From positions 1 to 41,009 of the forward strand of contig JBJEOO010000174.1 of NCBI GenBank assembly GCA_051880755.1: a stretch of 41,009 nt of DNA, written 5' to 3'. The position numbers were made by a program, and so were the translations under genes. This document shows, piece by piece, positions 35,784 to 41,009 of the stretch. The notes under the pieces are model-generated. The model was not told the DNA's origin and ran no database searches. It saw only the letters and a program-made list of their open reading frames with translations. Numbering within the stretch: the first letter of the stretch is position 1; each line of letters opens with the position of its first letter. This stretch comes from Hominenteromicrobium sp. Its GTDB lineage: Bacteria; Bacillota; Clostridia; Oscillospirales; Acutalibacteraceae.

Positions 35784-35812
35784 AGTATACCATACCGGAA
35801 AAAGCTCTTCAA
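35784..35812 (-). promoter_or_regulatory. Candidate sigma-A promoter for the PMT gene
   Basis: Minus strand TTGAAG-17 bp-TATACT with extended TG. Confidence 0.5.
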
Positions 35813-35817
35813 CTTAA

Positions 35818-38844
<3,027 letters not shown>

Positions 38845-38861
38845 GCGATAAGAAAAAAGCC

Positions 38862-38892
38862 GCCGCGCCGTGTGGTCTCTGCACGGCGCGGC
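38862..38892. terminator. Stem-loop downstream of beta-galactosidase
   Basis: GCCGCGCCGTG...CACGGCGCGGC with an upstream A tract and no plus-strand U tract. Confidence 0.55.
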
Positions 38893-38919
38893 ATGCGATG
38901 CTGAGACAGGAGATGCCAA

Positions 38920-39195
38920 ATGAAATTCCGCGACTATTTGCTGAATGGAAAGAGAGCGGCACTGAGCGCTTTGGTCGGAGCCGGAATCCTTGCGGGTGAG
39001 TGGTTGCTTTTCCTTCGCACGGCGCAGGCACCGTCGGTGTACGCGCTGGTGCTCGCATGGCTCTGTTTCTCGCTTGCGGTGCTGATGTTCGGTTATGTGC
39101 AGCATGTCCGGGAAAAATGGGATAGAGTTTTCTGGAATGCGCTGCCTGTTGGGCTGGTTCTTGCGGCAAGTATTCTTTTATCACGGATCGTGTAA
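38920..39195 (+). CDS. Small membrane protein (91 aa, about 3 TM helices), unknown function
   Basis: RBS CAGGAG; three hydrophobic segments. Confidence 0.6.
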   Translation: MKFRDYLLNGKRAALSALVGAGILAGEWLLFLRTAQAPSVYALVLAWLCFSLAVLMFGYVQHVREKWDRVFWNALPVGLVLAASILLSRIV

Positions 39196-39257
39196 AATTG
39201 TTGCATTTCACATCAAAATCAAGATAAAATAAGTCCGTACAATTTTTTGCAAAGCTC

Positions 39258-39286
39258 TTGCAAAAAGTTGTACGGCTTTTTATAAT
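39258..39286 (+). promoter_or_regulatory. Sigma-A promoter with flanking TGTAC/TGTATC operator-like sites
   Basis: TTGCAA-17 bp-TATAAT; related sites at 39231-39244, 39266-39279, 39289-39302 and 39301-39314. Confidence 0.7.
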
Positions 39287-39355
39287 AAGGTTGTATCGAA
39301 ACCTGTACGGTTTTTGAGCGTACAGGCGGAATCCTGTGAAAGGAATGGGAGCAGT

Positions 39356-40444
39356 ATGGCGGACACAGAGAGAAAAACGGCGAAGTACCGTTTTTTGGTG
39401 GAGACCATCAAGGAAAAGATCAAAAGCGGCGCATATGAACCGGGCGAGCGCATGGAGTCGGAAAACCGGCTCTCCGAGCAGTTCGGGTACAGCCGGCAGA
39501 CCGTGCGGCAGGCGCTCTCCGTGCTGGAGCGTGAAGGGCTGATCGAGCGCCGGCGCGGCAGCGGCACCTATATCAGTTCGGACAGCCGCAAGCCCCAGCG
39601 CGGCAACAATGTCGCGATCGTGACAACCTATATTTCGGACTACATTTTCCCCACAATTATCCGCGGCATTGAGGAAACGCTGACAAACGCCGGGTACAGC
39701 CTCACGCTCGGCGTAACGAATAACCACGTTGAGGACGAGAGCCGCATCCTGCAGTCGCTCATCAGCCGCCGCATTGACGGCGTGATTGTGGAGGGCACCA
39801 AGACGGCCTTTCCGAATCCGAACGTCGAGCTGTACCGGCGGCTGGAAAAAATGGGCGTGCCGGTCGTCTTTTTCAACAGCTATTACCGGGATCTGACCGA
39901 TGCGGTTTATGTCGTGACGGACGACCGCAAGGCTGGGCGGCAGGCGGTGAACCTGCTGCTTTCCAAGGGCTGCCGCAAGCTCGGCGGCGTTTTCAAATCG
40001 GACGACATGCAGGGCCACGGGCGCTACGCGGGCTTTTCCGACGGGCTGGTGAAAAACGGCTGTGCCATCGGGGATGACAGCGTTGTCTGGTACACGACGG
40101 CGGAGCGCAGCCGGCTGTTCCGCCCGGATAACCGGGACTATATGTTTGAGCGCCTGCGCGGCTGCGACGGCATCGTCTGCTATAACGATCAGATCGCCTA
40201 CGGCGTGATCGATCTGCTGGCAAGCCGAGGCGTGCGCGTGCCGGAGGAGGTGCTCGTCGTCGGCTTTGACGATTCGAGCGTTTCGGAGTATTCCCCGGTA
40301 AAGATCTCCTCCTTTGCGCATCCGAAGGATGAGATGGGGCGCATCGCGGCCAATAAGCTGATCAATATGCTGCGCAGCGGAGACGCCGAGCATCCGCTCA
40401 TTATGGATATGCCGCTGCATGAAAAACAATCAACACAACGATAA
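39356..40444 (+). CDS. AraR-type regulator (GntR HTH + LacI-type sugar-binding domain)
   Basis: SENRL...SRQTVRQAL...GSGTY; SDYIFPTIIRGIE, DGVIVEG, CYNDQIA, VVGFDDS. Confidence 0.88.
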   Translation: MADTERKTAKYRFLVETIKEKIKSGAYEPGERMESENRLSEQFGYSRQTVRQALSVLEREGLIERRRGSGTYISSDSRKPQRGNNVAIVTTYISDYIFPTIIRGIEETLTNAGYSLTLGVTNNHVEDESRILQSLISRRIDGVIVEGTKTAFPNPNVELYRRLEKMGVPVVFFNSYYRDLTDAVYVVTDDRKAGRQAVNLLLSKGCRKLGGVFKSDDMQGHGRYAGFSDGLVKNGCAIGDDSVVWYTTAERSRLFRPDNRDYMFERLRGCDGIVCYNDQIAYGVIDLLASRGVRVPEEVLVVGFDDSSVSEYSPVKISSFAHPKDEMGRIAANKLINMLRSGDAEHPLIMDMPLHEKQSTQR

Positions 40445-40471
40445 ATCAATACCTGAAAGGAACGAACTGCT

Positions 40472-41009
40472 ATGAAAATCGAAAAACTCACACCGGCTTT
40501 CAAGGATTATCTCTGGGGCGGCACCAAGCTGCGCGACGTATACGGCAAACCGTGCGATTATGACAAGGTGGCGGAAAGCTGGGAGCTTTCCACGCATCCG
40601 GCCGGACAAAGCGTGATTTCGGGCGGTGAATATGACGGCCTGACCTTCGGCGCGTACATTGAAAAGCTCGGCCGCGGCGTGCTGGGCACGAACTGCGCGC
40701 GCTTCAGGGAATTCCCGGTGCTGATCAAATTCATCGACGCGAAGGACCCGCTCTCCGTGCAGGTTCATCCGAGCGATGAATACGCGCTCCGCGTTGAGGG
40801 CGAATACGGCAAAACCGAGATGTGGTATGTTGTGGACTGCGAGCCCGGCGCTTCGCTGTATTTCGGCGTCAATCAGGCCATCACAAAAGACGAATTCAGA
40901 AAGCGCATTGAGGAAAACACGCTGACGGACGTGCTCTATAAGGCGGACGTCAAAAAGGGCGACGTGTTCTTCATCCAGTCCGGCACCATCCATGCAATCG
41001 GCGCGGGCA
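40472..41009 (+). CDS. manA: Mannose-6-phosphate isomerase class I (3'-truncated by window edge; absent from the ORF track)
   Basis: Translated by hand: MKIEKLTPAFKDYLWGG...AESWELSTHP...FPVLIKFIDAKDPLSVQVHP...GKTEMWY...GTIHAIG; RBS GAAAGGA. Confidence 0.9.
   Translation, partial: MKIEKLTPAFKDYLWGGTKLRDVYGKPCDYDKVAESWELSTHPAGQSVISGGEYDGLTFGAYIEKLGRGVLGTNCARFREFPVLIKFIDAKDPLSVQVHPSDEYALRVEGEYGKTEMWYVVDCEPGASLYFGVNQAITKDEFRKRIEENTLTDVLYKADVKKGDVFFIQSGTIHAIGAG

Noticed and set aside
40430-40993. 187-aa minus-strand ORF in the track
   Set aside because: Antisense to manA, which is the real gene on the plus strand and is truncated by the window end.

Overview
High-GC chromosomal window, most likely from a spore-forming Clostridia (an Oscillospiraceae-like lineage is inferred from gene content). 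Most of it is housekeeping or metabolic: the 3' part of spoIIE, malQ, a metG-tatD-radical SAM operon, pdxK, a paaK-iorAB-paaK-ACT aryl-acid operon, a GH127 hydrolase, an OmpR/HK/htrA/URO-D-family operon, a MATE pump, a double GT-C/PMT glycosyltransferase, a GH2 beta-galactosidase, an AraR-type regulator and the 5' part of manA. The outstanding feature is a compact, intact, ~10.4 kb, 16-ORF phage morphogenesis operon (15292-25680) bounded by hairpin terminators. It encodes a short TerS, a PBSX-type TerL, portal, protease/scaffold, capsid, neck proteins and a Mu/PBSX-type baseplate. It has no recognisable integrase, repressor, replication, lysis, tail sheath or full tape-measure gene. A phased 7 x 10-bp palindromic array lies directly upstream. 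This fits a domesticated gene-transfer-agent-like element with an unusual 'head on baseplate' architecture. All product calls come from motif recognition and gene order, not database searches.
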